Shown here: positions 31,126 to 45,100 of the stretch, piece by piece
How positions within the stretch are numbered: position 1 is the stretch's first letter
How the letters are laid out: the number at the start of each line of letters is the position of its first letter
From: Phoronis australis
Taxonomy: Eukaryota > Animalia > Phoronida
Direction of reading: 5' to 3'
Assembly (NCBI GenBank): GCA_002633005.1
Contig: NMRA01000355.1
Coordinates: forward strand, 197,390-261,389
Length of the DNA stretch: 64,000 bases
The notes under the pieces: model-generated
The model's input: only the letters and a program-made list of their open reading frames with translations
What the model was told of the DNA's origin: nothing
The model's database searches: none
Translations under genes and position numbers: made by a program

Positions 31126-34100
31126 AGCGACCGAGACCTCGCCTTCCCTTATAAGTGGTAAAACAGAAAGGTATATTCTGTTTATCTTTTCACGCATCTT
31201 CGAAAAATATGCGACTCCCAGAGTAGGGTTATGAAGTATTGCTTTTCGTCTGTGGCATTGTGGTTGGTGTGTGCTAATATACATGTACTACAGCTTAAAT
31301 AAGCGTACGCTAAACTTCAGTCAGGAAGCGACATAATTTAAAATGAAACTCATCCGGGAGCTGTGTTCCGTAGACGCAGAGTAAAGCTACTTTGTTCGCG
31401 TACTTTGCTTGCAATGTACGTCGAAATCTTCCAAGGACTTGGGTGAATTACATTTCATGATTACGCAACGAGCACCGGCACTGTTCTGACGCGATGGAGA
31501 CCTCCAACATTTCACAGCACGTACAACTTTACTTTACTATACAACTTTACTTTACTATCCCTGATTGTTTGCATTTGATGCCTCAGCCAAAATCAACTTA
31601 CTAATATGTCTGTAAGCGACATGTACTTTTGCTAGAAACAAAAGCAAATCGCTTATTCGTCTTGGTTGTTTTTCTCAGCGCAACGCTAGGCTATTCAGAT
31701 GCTAGACAATAGCCTTGCGCTAATGATCGGTGTTACGCAAATTTTGTCTTCACTCTGACGCACAATCCCGTTTTGTAGTGGTAGTGTTTTTGATTCAACG
31801 ATTTACACGTCACGTGATTGGTTGAAGTATCAAAATGACAAAACTGACATTCATCTGAATTATTTACCGTTAAGAAATGGGGCTCTTAAGTACAGCGTAG
31901 AATAATTCCCTCTTCTTGCATTTCAATTCAGTCTAAACTGAAGCATTTCCGAATAAAAAACGATTGTGTTACAGAGAACAGTCCTTTCAATGCATTTTTC
32001 TGATTTCTTTTCAGATTGTGGTAGAGAAACACATGTATACCTCAGAGTGACCAAACACCTCCAGATTAAGACCCCTATGTCCCTTGTTGAAAGCTGCGTT
32101 TCGCAAAAGTGAAACACTCCAAATACGAGATAGAACTACCCATGCACTCGTAGAACTTGAGAATACATTTAGTCGCGTTCATACCAAAATACATGGGCTT
32201 ACGGTTTCTCAAAATTGTCAAGTCAGCCAAAAACGAACAGCACTCTAGCATGACGCCAGCAAAAAACAATACGATAACGTTTTTGTGTATTGAATCATCG
32301 CGTAATTACGTATATTTTTGTATTTCTGTAACGAGCCTTCTTGCATGTAGCTACTAAATACAATATTCTACTATGCCACAGATTGTTCGATCAGGCGTAC
32401 AAAGTAGATCGTTCAACGCACGATAACCATTTTACATTTACCTCATACAAGCTTGTGCGCGATGGCAGTCTTTTGGGGTAGATCATTTTCGTTAAGCCTG
32501 CGAACGCACAGTTCTAATCAAAACGTGTAAAACGATCCAATTCCGCTATGAACCCAGTTCAAGCACACGACGTCTGTGCCTTTCAGCCTGAGAAAGCCTT
32601 AATTTGTTAGAACATCTACCCATGGCGAAAGCTTGCGCCATATTTCGTGGCGTGACAAAACGACGTGTGAGGTTGGCTCGGTGGTATTCATGGCGCTACA
32701 GGAAGTGCTCTTAATTTTCGTGGAAAAGAACGAAACATTAAACAAATACTCACGTACATTAGCACGACAGACAAAACACGAATTTTCTTACCTGTCCTCG
32801 TGACGCACTAGCGATATTAGTCTTAAAATACTCACTAAAAGAAATGGGAAAAACCGCGTCGGGAATCACAACTTCAGTAAACCCGTCTATTACGCCTAGG
32901 AAGACGTTTTCGAATGACCTAATCTGGCCATTGAGAGCGAGAACGAGCAAGCATGATAGCTCGAAGTGATTACGGTATAAGATGTATTGGTTGAAATGTC
33001 CGTACCACTTGAAAACATTTGTATAGATGTATTTATAACCACTGATTATTATCTGCTGGCCTATTGTAATAACTGTAGGCCGAGTGCGTTGTCAATGACG
33101 TGCCACTGGGCCGGAACAATAGAGTTTTCGTGATCTCCGCCAGCGACAGGCCCACCTTCAGAAAAGATTTTGTGAATTTGACTACGAACTGCCCGGGGAT
33201 AGATCATTGAGGATGGTCACTCGACCCCGACTCCGGCTACGTACGTGTCCAACTAGCCCTTGAACTCAAAACCTGGTAAGAGCAGTATTGTTTGTCTCTT
33301 CACAAAAACAAATCCATCAAATTCGTTCAACTGAATTGTGTGATATTATAAACTTATGATAGGCAAATGAACGATTATCGATGTAATGTATTACAACCTC
33401 AAGAAGTTGTAATTATTTCTTCCGTTCAACGTTTCCTAAAAAATTCGGCAATGTGTTTAAAAATATACGGTCTTGCGATTCACGTAAACACAAGGACATC
33501 GTAATTTCAATGTGTCATGCCTGCGAACCAACAAACTGCGTTTTCATACAAGAGTTACAGGGAACGAAAAGTGAACCGTGTAGGTAGTGGCATGCAATAC
33601 ACGTTTTATGTTAATTCTGAACACTGGTTTGACTCAGCAAATGCGATATCGACGGACAATACCAACTGACTACCTATGACAAATTGTAGTAACGCAAAGC
33701 CTTGCCAATTTATACCATTCATTCCTTTCACAAATTAAAATCAAAAAGCAGCCGATAAACTTTTATTAGAGCTACGATTATACAGTTCCGAGAAATTGTG
33801 ATGAAAATGTCAATTATAAAAGTTATCTCTGACTGAAACGGAAATGTTTAGTACTTTATCATTCAAGTGCAAATACAAAAGTGTATTTATGGGTTTTTAC
33901 AAACTAGGTGACACCGGTACCATGGAAACTTGAAGACTTTTTTTGCCCATAAGAAAATTTTCGGTGAAGCACATCAATGAACAAAAACTTATAAAACGCA
34001 CACAATGCCCTCTGTTTGTGAAGCACATGTAATCTGTAAAAAAACGTGAAAACGTGAAACTGACAGAAGCCACCTCTCCAAAATTTGATGCGCTCTATTT

Positions 34101-34197
34101 CCAAGTGAGACTTAGCGATAAAATGATCACAAGGCAAATTGCCCGTTGTCCATATCAGAACTTCTGGGGTCTTCTGGATGGACATTTGGAAAACCAG

Positions 34198-34438
34198 GGA
34201 CTCGTTCCAAGAAACTGACTTAAAGTTCATAAGTCTAAAATTTGTTTCAACTTTCAAACTATGAAACTTCCACGTCTGGCAAGTTAGTCGAAGCTCAAGA
34301 CAAAACTCAAGTCAAAAACTGAAGTCAAACTTAAAATTACTTTCTAGGAACGGAGTTAAAACTAATGGAAGTTTTATCTTAAAATTGACGTAAGTTTTAC
34401 ATTCGTCTTGGCTAAATCAGTTTTCTTGGAACAGGCCT
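34198..34438. mobile_element. MITE family B full copy (PIF/Harbinger-like)
   Basis: GGACTCGTTCCAAGAAACTGACTTA and TAAATCAGTTTTCTTGGAACAGGCCT TIRs; flanks CAG and TAG. Confidence 0.8.
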
Positions 34439-35754
34439 TAGGGCTGTCGCCGCTCATTGTGATGGGACAAAGATAATTCTCAGAGAGTTGTTCCGAACTC
34501 TTGGTAGCCTGTTCACGTCGGAAACAATACAATACTTAGCGTCGGAAGCCAGTACGTCCACGTTATTCGCATTGTGAATCCATTGCCCATACAGTACAAG
34601 GCAAGTACTCTGGCGAAATATCTTTTCCCGTCACGGAGGCTAATTCAGCAAAAAATTGTTGATAATAACTATAAGGGCGACAAAAATCAAATTACAGATT
34701 GGCTTAGTCGTCATCTTTCTACCTTTTTTGTTAATTCCCGTCCACTCTCGGTTTATGAGAGAAAACTACTCTGACGAAGAATTCGGCTTCCAAAAAGCCG
34801 TCATAACGGGGAATTCTGGCTCATTTTGCCGGAATACTCTATCAGTTCAGTTTGCAATGTACATGAGTTACCAATGTACCCCTAAAGGGAAAAATCGTAA
34901 TGTAGTCAATACTGATGGAGTCCCATTCAAAAACATGGCGGGATAGTTCTAGGTGCACACATGTAAGTAACACAGTAAATGTTGAAAAAGGTTTCTAGAG
35001 TGCTTTGGCTAGTGTTTTTCGTGGCACTGCAAAAATAGATATCATTACCATGCCCGTTAACAAATTGACAGCGAAAACTGTATTGATTGGTAATTGTGGC
35101 AGCTAATTAGCATAACATACACGTTTTCTGCATTTTGGTGCTATTTTCATTAGCCTGTGTTTTACACTGTTGACAAACGTTTTTCGAAAGTCTGTTTGAC
35201 GTGAACAGGACCATTTTAAACAGCGTGCCGGTGCAGAACTTCGTGTTTCCTAGTTTGTCTGAGTAGACGGTAAGAAACGCCACTCTCAGAAGGGAAACAT
35301 GTTTTATCAAGTGAATAACTCGGGCTCTCAAATTTCACTTCTATTATACGTGTACGTTTTGAAATCATCTGTACTAAAGACCGAACAGTTCGGGGACGGA
35401 AGTCACGTGACGCTATTACCATACGCACACCTTTTATTGTTGAAACTGTGACAACATTGGCCGCTGTGTACGCCTGAATAGTATGCTACACTGCCATGTG
35501 TAAGAGTTCAAGCAAACGAATTTACACATTTTCTGAAACTCCAATTGTTTGTATGGTTTCGTCTCCAAGAAGTTTGGCGTAATACTTCATTTTACCATGT
35601 TATTTTCACCAGTCTTACGTTTAATGTAATAAATGTTAAATAACGGGTGTTGGACCCGCAGGTCTTGTATAGTTTCAAACTCAGGTAATTAGTTCTTAAA
35701 ACTTTTATACAGAATTGTGTCTTTGGACTAATCGGTTTACGTCGAAAACGGTTG

Positions 35755-35882
35755 CACCAATGGCATGCTCCCCGGGGTTCGGAACTATTAGGCTTGATTA
35801 GGCCTATATCACGGTATTAATTTTCAAAACACTTCGTAATAGAACGCGCTACGTAAAAACTGGACTCATTATCATTATTTTT
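35755..35882 (+). mobile_element. Probable SINE/LINE 3' tail
   Basis: ATGCTCCCCGGGG...GCGCTACGTAAAAACTGG followed by (CATTAT)2 and a T run, resembling retroposon 3' ends. Recognised by pattern only. Confidence 0.35.
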
Positions 35883-38385
35883 AGCATTTGAATTTTGTTC
35901 TATTGGGCCCAAAACGTCAAAATGACCCCCTACTAAGCATAAGAACTCATACACCGTAAGCCCAAACAACTGTATTTATTAAGAAAATAACGTCATGTTA
36001 CGCCTGTTGTATGTCAAGCCTACTGTAAGAAAACCATTAATCTAAAACACCGCGTGTGACTAAGGCTATTATGAAGTGTCTGCGAACATTCATAATAAAT
36101 GTCACGTTTGACATAGGAATATTAGTCAATTTTCTACGAGTTATACTAAACTGGTGTTCATTGTGCCTAGGCTCCGTGCGCCATCTGGTGGTGTTGACGT
36201 CTCCATGCGCGTATGAACGCGTCCACGTCGCCAATTTATTTGGGGCACATGTCTTTGCCAATGAATGCATTCAGCGGAAGTTTTCTTGTTTGTTCCACAG
36301 ACTCGTACGTAAAGCAGGAACGGATGGTTAGCTCTGGAAAATATTTGAGACGCTAGTGCGTTTTTCTGTGGACTCGGGGCCGCTTCCTGTTAGGTTTGTG
36401 TTCGCCTCACGGGCTCTCGCTGGCAAACCGTTTCTCAGTATCGTAAATGAACTCGGAGTGAACCATGCTCGCTGGAACTTTGCGGGTTTCACTGGCACGT
36501 GACCCAAGCTTGATCGCACCTTGGACTGGTAGCATTGCTTTAAAGTTTGCCTGTCAAACATATTTGTCTTTGGTCTGGTTTTGGAAATATCTTTGTTACT
36601 GAAACCGCGCTCTTTTAATCCACTCAGTCTAATTGATATCAGCGCACCCACGCGGCAATAAATGTATGAACAGCTTCTTAAATGACGTGTTATTAACACT
36701 GAACAGGGGTGTTGATTTCATAACTTTCCTTTAGAATAAGACAATAAAGCATAAACTCGTATCAACGCCGTTTTCAAATGCACAACCTACGTCTACTCGG
36801 AGTCAAGGTGACGTCACCGTACTGCGGTAGTCCAGGAGATTCCCGGCTATCTTGGACCCAACTGTTTTTGTCACATCTGTATGGAAAATGGTATATTGGG
36901 TTATAGCTGGAATATCACCGTACCGGTTAAGTTCTGTTTTAGAACAAAGTGCGGGCGTTGTGGTTCACAGACGCTGTGGCATGATCTTTAGATTTAAAAA
37001 AATCGTTTTGTTGAAATTTGCGACCCTTTGAACAAATGTAAATGTTGCCGGTTGTACAAATGCGCAGGTGAATAGACTACCGTCATATTGTTTATCTTCA
37101 ATTTGGAGAAGTTGTTAAGGGTGTGACGTAATCACTTTCAGTCCCTGTTTGACAGCTTGTGTAGACATTTTTCTGAGTCAAAACATGACTCTATCTTCTG
37201 ATCTGTAAGCATTGAATGTTGTGCGAATCTATTTGCTTGAAATGATATTAGTAAAATAAGCCCTGTACCTCAGGTCCTTGACTCGTACGATGACTGGCCG
37301 CTCCCAATTGTGACGCACTCACCAATATACCGATTATAAACATTCAGCCCAATGACTGCGCATTAACATTTACATTGGCTATTGTACATATCTCTGTAAA
37401 GCGTCACCAACATGAACCTGGAGGTTTGTCTTAGCTTCGTTTTTCCTGAGGCTAGCCAAGTACATGGATGGCCAGATTCGTGCGGAGCGGGTCCAGAGGG
37501 AGTCAAGGGGGTCACTTTTCCACTACCGTAATGGGGGTGTTTCAACCACCCCTACCTTTGTCACTCGAACAAAGTCCTTGCTCCACAACAGACGGTTTGT
37601 TTCAGTCCCAGAACTTGCCAGCCTACCTCCGTCGTTTGGTTTGATTTAAAAACGGACAGTAGAATTTCCTCGATTAGCAACAAGTTCTCGAGCGAGTTAC
37701 GAAATCAGAATGTTGGTTCCAGTTTTCACTAGTTGAATTCTCCCCGGTGTTTTTACCCAATGTTGATCTTACCTCACCCAACTCCATCAAAAAGTCGTCT
37801 GGGGTTGTGTGGGCTTTGTGAATTTTCTAATACTTGAGAAGTTCAGGAATGGCATTTTCTTGAATTTTGTGACTCTTCTGAATGAAATAAGGCTGATTAT
37901 TGACCCCTTAATACAATTTCTGCTCAGTCGAGTCTTTTCTTAAACTCCTTTTGCTATTTGTAAATGAGAAGCTGAAATTCCGTACCCTTCAAACAGCTTT
38001 GTTTGGATTTGTAAAAAATGCTACTCGACACCCACCTTTCATCTGCTTTCTGCAAACTAAAGCGTTTTGGGCAGTTTGGCAACACTGTCTCTCGCAGATA
38101 CTGGTTTTAGGGTGAAAAATACTTACTGTATTTTTGCTCTGTTACTACGTAACCGGCTGTACATGCGCTGGGAGCAAGATGCGCAAAAATCATTTTAGAA
38201 TCACTTTTATTCGACTTTGTGCGAGTTTTTTAAGTCTTTTGGCCAATGTTCATGTACTGCCAATGATTTCAGGCTCTGCATACTTTGTGTAACAGTGTTG
38301 GTGTTGCCTATACCTGGTTTTTCAAGCCGAATATCAGCAAAAACTCTTCAACGCCAACTCAGGTGCAGTGGCGCATCAGACATCC

Positions 38386-38554
38386 CAGTGGCGGATTTCA
38401 GGGGGGGCAAGGGCGCCATAGGCCCCCTAAATTTTTTTCAGATTCCATTCGGCAGTTCGGGGGTGTGAATGTTTGACGAGCAAAATCTTGGCTAATACTC
38501 TGCCCTGACCCTCCAGCCCCTCCCCCCAACTCAAAATCTCCCTGCATCCCCCTG
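38386..38554 (+). mobile_element. MITE family C (hAT-like CAGTGGCGGAT termini)
   Basis: Reverse-complement homology with 60112-60273 (CAGATTCCATT.GGCAG.TCGGGGGTG.GAATG...GGCTAATACT.TGCCCTG). Confidence 0.8.
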
Positions 38555-38651
38555 TGAATTTTGGACAATTGTGAAAAAAGCGAAATGCTGCTTACGGGAT
38601 GGATAACGTAACCGTTAGCTGCAAACAGCAATGCACAGATATCGGGTCCTA

Positions 38652-38895
38652 CATGTATGTAGCTCAGTGGTACCAGCATTAGACCGACAATCTAGTGACC
38701 TGTGGTTCGATTCCCAGTTGGGGTTCTTGGTCTTTCTGTGGATAACTTTATATTTAACTAATACTCTTTGTTGACTTGGAAGTCTCCTGCTGTATATTAC
38801 TCGTGAAACCTGCCTCGCGGAAGAATATTACAATGTTTAGCGTTTGACCAAAGGCCAAATTCATGTAAGCGACTTAGAGGATAACGCTGACGTTA
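38652..38895 (+). mobile_element. tRNA-derived SINE
   Basis: A box TAGCTCAGTGG (38660-38670), B box GGTTCGATTCC (38704-38714), tail TGTAAGCGACTTAGAG (~38865); acceptor and anticodon stems not intact. Confidence 0.65.
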
Positions 38896-41800
38896 ACATC
38901 CCGTCCGTCGGTTCTGTGAACTGTCTGACCGCGACTTTAGAAAATCACCTTATTTATCAAACGTTCATGATTTAAGGACGTCCTTGAACATACCTTTTCC
39001 CTCCAAACATTCACTTCTTGTTCAAAATAATTCTAATTCGAAAAAGCACTTATCCTCAATTTCCTGTTTTTGTCAATTTTAAAGCTAGATCTTGGTCAAA
39101 ACATGAGAAAGAATACTAATGTTTACAAGTGCAGAGCACATCTGCTTAGCTAAGGTAGATCTGTTGTGGTCTGAAATGCAACGTGTAGTATCCGCTTTCC
39201 CCCTAATTTGCATAAGTCTCCCATAATCATGACCCAAAATTAGATTTCATTTCCTTCATCACCACTTAAACCATTTTTACTGTCTATATCGAGATGACTA
39301 CTAATTCAATCGCCGTTTCTGCGCATGGTACAATAATAATACGTTTTGGTTTGATGACGTCGATTTCCTAGATCTAACTTCATTGTGGGCAGTCAATAGA
39401 AGAGCATCCTATACAGGCTAATTAACAATTTTCAGGATAAAACACGGTTTTACTTTGCGTAGACGAACAACAGCCAGGATTTGTGCTCGTTAGCGACTCG
39501 GACCTCTCCGTACAAAATTCTTCTCTAGCGCAAGCTATTACCCTATACTAGTTTTCGCGTGACGTCATTCATACGGGCACTTCGTTTCCGTCGGCCATCT
39601 TTAGAGGCAAGCTTCGCGAACGTGTGCTCCCTTCTGCTGGACTCCTTTTGCCGTATAATGCTTTCTAGCGCCTTCTTGGCTCACTTCTTATTATTGTACA
39701 TTGTGTTTTTCGTAATAAACGTTATCAAACAAGCTTTTCCCGTCTTGCAGACTTATTTTGTTAAAAACCGATTCGTCTTTTCGGTGCCATGGGTAACAAA
39801 TTTGGAATTTCCCTAGGTCCTGTGCCTTGCAAATGAAACTTTGGGTGTCATGGAATCAAAAAACTTCAATCGTTCCGAGTAAAATCCTTCACCGGTATTC
39901 ACTGAGAAACTTTTTGATGGCGTCTCTTTGAGATTCACACTAGTAAAAAAACTTCGTAAATGGATTTAACACATATTAGTTCAGTCGAAAGTTAAACCAA
40001 ATAGTGTTCAATCAACCCAACTCCAAAAATATTCAAAATTAATTGAGTTTAATGTAAACTTCATAGCTAGATTTCTTTTTCGGTGATGCACCACCACCAC
40101 CTTGAATGGTAGTGAGTGACAGTTTACTCGTGCATTATGGGTACTCGCTCAACTGCGGACATAAGTAATTACGCTTCCACGAAAACCGCGTCCACTTTTG
40201 AAAGATGAATAATTAGTAGCAATGTTAGACAAATGCAAATAGAACAGAAAAACTTGAAATGTTTACAGGTTATTGATGACTTTCATATGACGAAATTTAT
40301 CCTGCTAGGTGTAAAGGGAAGAGAATTTTTAAAGTTAAGCCGCTCTGACGAGACATCTTGAGATTCTAATAATTGCATGAATCTGTCTGATTTCACTCTC
40401 CGAATGTTCTCCCACTTTCCTGGACTAAGGAATGTCGAGCGAACGAGGTTTTAACTTAGCAGCAGGCAACAGGCTGCCTGTGCGTTATCGTTATCCAGGG
40501 TTGTTTTGTCGATGTGAGATTTGTGATTTTAGATTAAGAGAAATTGGACCTCGCCGCGGGAAGTATTAATTATTTTCGAGTACCTATTAACTTTCATTAA
40601 TTATTTGGATAGCTGGTCTATTTTTGCTGCTTTACCGCAGAGTGAAATCCATCTCGTTTGTAATAAAATTCACTCGAAATATGTTAATTGAATATTTCAG
40701 CACACACTGAAGCCTTTCAAAACGGTTATTGGCCTCTACAGTAAATAATTGAAATGACGCAATTAACCCCTACACAAAAAGATTAACTCAAATGTTAGGC
40801 GAAGAGATAAATGTGGATTATTTACCTATAGTCGGTAAACCAACCCTAAGTGTTGGAAGTCCGCACAGTGACAGTGTAGAATCACGTGCTACACAAATCA
40901 CACTGGAATTGCACGTCAAACATTAACTCGCGCGCGTCGAAATTGCGATCGTGTGAACACACCCATCTTCAGAAATAATACGGCGAATGTAACTGCACGG
41001 AAATCAAGCCCTTCGAAAGAACTTAATCATTCGAAGATTCGACTTCTTACTATTCGCTTGTCACTCCGCTCTTTGTATTTTTATCTACCGGTGAACTCGT
41101 GAACTAAAGCATTCGCTGGGCGCACTGGCTGGCATTCGGGTCACTACATGACGTCATTATGTCAAAAACTAAGACAAGAAGATGGCAGACGATTTGATTC
41201 GTTGTTGTGAGAGCAAGGTTAAATGTGACGAAAAATAACCTGTAACACCGCGTCAAGGGAATTTCATTTGGTGAAAACTAAAGAACAAAAAATCTGCCCC
41301 CACTCCTTTTGTGTAGTTCATATCTATTTCAAAAAGTGATGAAACGCCCTCCTGCGACCTTCAGCTCTATTTAAGAGCTGGAGTTTGGCTATTTTTGCAT
41401 CTAATTTTTATCGGTTATTGACATGCTAGATAAGGTACCATTGGCCTTCGGTATATGTAACTTACATTGTCAGTGGTACAGTACATACAAAACGTTTCAC
41501 TGATTTATGTCATTAGACCGTTCCCACTAATGTCGACCCTTCGATTTTCAAGGACGTGTCGGCCGACAAGAGCGCTTGCATTCGGTCTTGGGTCGAAGTT
41601 AACAGCTAAAGTATACTTCGCTATAGACAGGCGAATTTAAGTATGCGTCGCTAAAACGAGGACGCTCAGCATTAGTGTCCATCGAAGTTATTGGCTGGGG
41701 TAACTGCTGCGAAGGTCATACTGTATGAAGTTACCTTATGATAACCTTAAAAACGATAACGCCACCAAGCATGTTACTCCGACGAATGCCTGTGAATTGC

Positions 41801-41934
41801 CGACACTAATGGAAAAGTTCAAGTTAACAGCTCTGACGTTTCGGTTGTACTGGATTTAACTTGGGGAAAATGTCAAATGGTACACTAACGTATGCTACAC
41901 GTACTTTACATTTTACATCCGGTCAGATTATTTG

Positions 41935-42190
41935 TACAAGTAACCACATGGGGTATTTTCATCAGACGAAAAAAACAAGGTGTTATCTTGTAAATTCGAA
42001 CACTAAAGGCAATATCAAGCGACCATTTCTGGTTTTGATTATTCTTCTGTTTCCTTTCTCGTAAAGTGGGATTTTTGCCGAACTGATTTTGACCGCGAAC
42101 TCACGAAATGTCGTCGATTTCCACGACATGCTGTTTAGCAGTCCCAGGTAAGCCAACTCGTGGTGGAGACTGTCTCGTCACCTGACGACT
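41935..42190 (+). repeat. Dispersed repeat family H
   Basis: Reverse-complement match to 59550-59815, e.g. ACTCACGAAAT...GTCGATTTCCACGACA...GCCAAC.CGTG...AGAC.GTCTCG.CACCTG. Confidence 0.75.
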
Positions 42191-45100
42191 TAGGAAACTA
42201 ATCTGCGCGATGGGGTTGCGACGTCAGATACAGGTCGTCTGCCGGTCATGACTTGCGGACGGATATTAGTCGCTCTACAAACTGAAGGTTAAAGTAAGTC
42301 CAAGCATTTGCTAAATGGCTTTGCCACCAACTGTTAATATTGTTTTAATTGAAAGCAGCTTCTACCTTTTCCAACAATAATTATATCATTGTTATTACGC
42401 TGCTTCTGCAAGAAATCCATGTCGAGTTAGCGAGAATCCAGGCCGAATACGAAGCAAACAATGTTCAAGTTGAAACGGATACTGTAAAGTCACAAAAGTT
42501 TGTAAATCCACTCTGTAAACATTAACGAAGTGCCTAAAAATTCGTTATGAGCATAAAAAGACAATGCGCTTATGTCGTTGAAATGCCGAAACGAAAGCAG
42601 ATGCAGTAACAGGTGAATTTGCTATGCCGATTCAAATTCGAAACAGATTTTGCAACAATGTAAACTAAAAACTACTTAATGTACTTAACTTCATTTCAGC
42701 CAAACTAGGACTTTCCAAAAAAGTGCACAAATAGTGAAATTAGGGTACCGTAAGCACAATACTCCATTCATTGTTTCCACTTTTATTTTCCATTTCCATG
42801 GACCGAGTCGCTTTTTAAACTGAATCTAGGGTACACCTTTAGTTGATTGAGCAGCTGTACAAAAATATAAAGTCGTGCTATGAAGGAAAACCCGCGAGCC
42901 CTAAAGTATGTACATAGCAATAATTGTCGTTGAAAATAATGTTCTGAACTTGCATAAATGATACGTAATAGTATTAAATACCACGTCAACGCGTGGAGGT
43001 TTAGAAGGCAGATAAGAACGTCTGACTGCGAAGGTAGTGATCGACGAGACGCTTTGAAACATTGGTGTATTAGAAGGGGGCCGGGAGAGGGGCAATGCCC
43101 ATCCGGATTTCGGCAAAGGTTACTGAATTTTGGGCAAAACAAGATAAATTAGGACAACTCTGCATAAAATAGAAAAGATAGGAAAACACTTTACAGAAGC
43201 ATCAGAAAAAACGAGAAAAAACGTTTACGAGCGAATCACTGATGACGACCAGGAAACGAAATGTGGAACTCGGAAGAGAGTGCACATGTGGAGAATTTCT
43301 CGCTTACACTGGTGACCACTCTGATTCCCTAAGCCCCATCCAACTTTAAGGTGCCTATTCAGCACGCCCTTTGTATTGATGTAGATCTGAGCTAATGAAG
43401 TGGAAAGGTAATAGCTAGCATTACTGTCTCAACAACGGTTGTTGTTAGTACCCCCAATTTGGTGTTCTCTGACATTTGCTGAGTTATAGCCTGCAACTCT
43501 GGAGAGTAGTTTTAACTTGGTACATTATAAATATTACAAAACAACTAAAAAGTTTAACTTGTGTTTAGCTTCACAAAGGACCACTTCCCAAAGGTACGAT
43601 AAGTTTCATATTGGTTTTCTTTATTTTATTTTTAATGCTTCTGCCCACTTGTTTTTTTTTCTTACCTGGAACGGGTTGATTGAAATTGAAGTACCAAAAC
43701 AATGGTAGATTTTGATCGCCAGCTAAACTTAATTAGTTAAGTTCATTGTGAGCCCATCCCTAAACTTTCCACATTACAGGCACACTGAACATTTCACGTG
43801 TCATTAAAGTTTAATCTTTATTAGAACTCAAATTATAAAACATAGACAAAAGTGCAAATATGGTGATAACCAAACTCAAGATTTGGAATCTCCGGACAAT
43901 TTCGGTGGCACTGACTATATAATTATTCTAGCTCTTTGTCAGTACTAAAAAGAAATAAAAAGTGGGCACAACAACTGTTTCCTGGTCAAAAATCTGGCTC
44001 AACGATATTGAAAGAATATTAAAAAATGAATCCATGTGATATTGTTAACTCTGATCAGCGTTTGTATATCCACCGAGTATATCAATACGTGCGGTAGTTT
44101 ATCTTCAATCGTACACAATGGTTGTAGTTTTTACATTATTATTTCTTCGATTTTTAAAAATCGAAAATCGTACTTGGTTATTTTTTCCATCTGAATACCG
44201 CCAAAGTGTTCGTTTATAACGAAAATTAGTGGTTGATGTATTTTGAAAATTCGCCAGTATGTACAGTCAATATGTTTAATACAGTTTATGGTTGGATAAT
44301 TACATTTAATTGGGTCTTGCTGGCATCGGGCAATGAGGTCATCGCAATTGTACCTGATTCCGTCGCCGCGCTCTCTTTAATCCTGGTACAAGCCTCTCAG
44401 AAGGACGAGCGGTGAAAATTCCCGCAAATCTTTAGAAATGCGTGACTTCCTTGTAAGCGTATTATTCACGGTATGAGTTATTGGCTACGGCAGGATCATC
44501 GATCCCTCGAAATTGGAGTCAAATATCGACCCCATCTTTTTCTCAAAAATTCTTAAAAATCAAGGAAAATTCCCCTCGTCAGGTCCAAAAGTTCCCCTCT
44601 GAACGATCAAAAATACCCCTCATGATTAACTGATTTTAATCTCGAGGCTGGCAAACACCGGAAACGTTACAAACAGGTTTCCTTATGAAGGAAGTGTATA
44701 TACAGTAGTGATGCAGCCAGTTTTGCATTATTTCACTTTTTCGGATTGAAAACACAAAGCTTAAAGACAACTTCCGTTCGTCTGCGGCTCAATGGAACTC
44801 AGACAGGTTCTATAAGAGTAGAATTACCAAAAACCTATGCAACGCAGCACAGTTACGTACAGGAAAGTGTCTTTTTGCTGGTAAACTTGCTGTGTACTCT
44901 CAGAAGTAGGCTCAGGCAGTCGGGCCACATTTCAACAGGTAACTCAACACGTTTATTCACTGCCATTGTGGTCAACAACGCTGACACAGTCAAGTCTTAA
45001 GAACAGTTAAGCATTGTGTTTGTCTATTCACAGGGGTACTTAAGGACTGAATGCTCAAAACTGAGGCTGTTCTGAGAAGTAAAAATATTGTTTAGCTGAA

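Noticed and set aside
31522-31558. 18-bp direct duplication (also a short direct repeat near 52788-52831)
   Set aside because: Ordinary slippage duplication with no sign of function.
38652-38725. Functional tRNA gene
   Set aside because: A and B boxes are present but the acceptor and anticodon stems do not pair; a SINE-like body follows. The same applies to 16238-16320 and 48862-48930.
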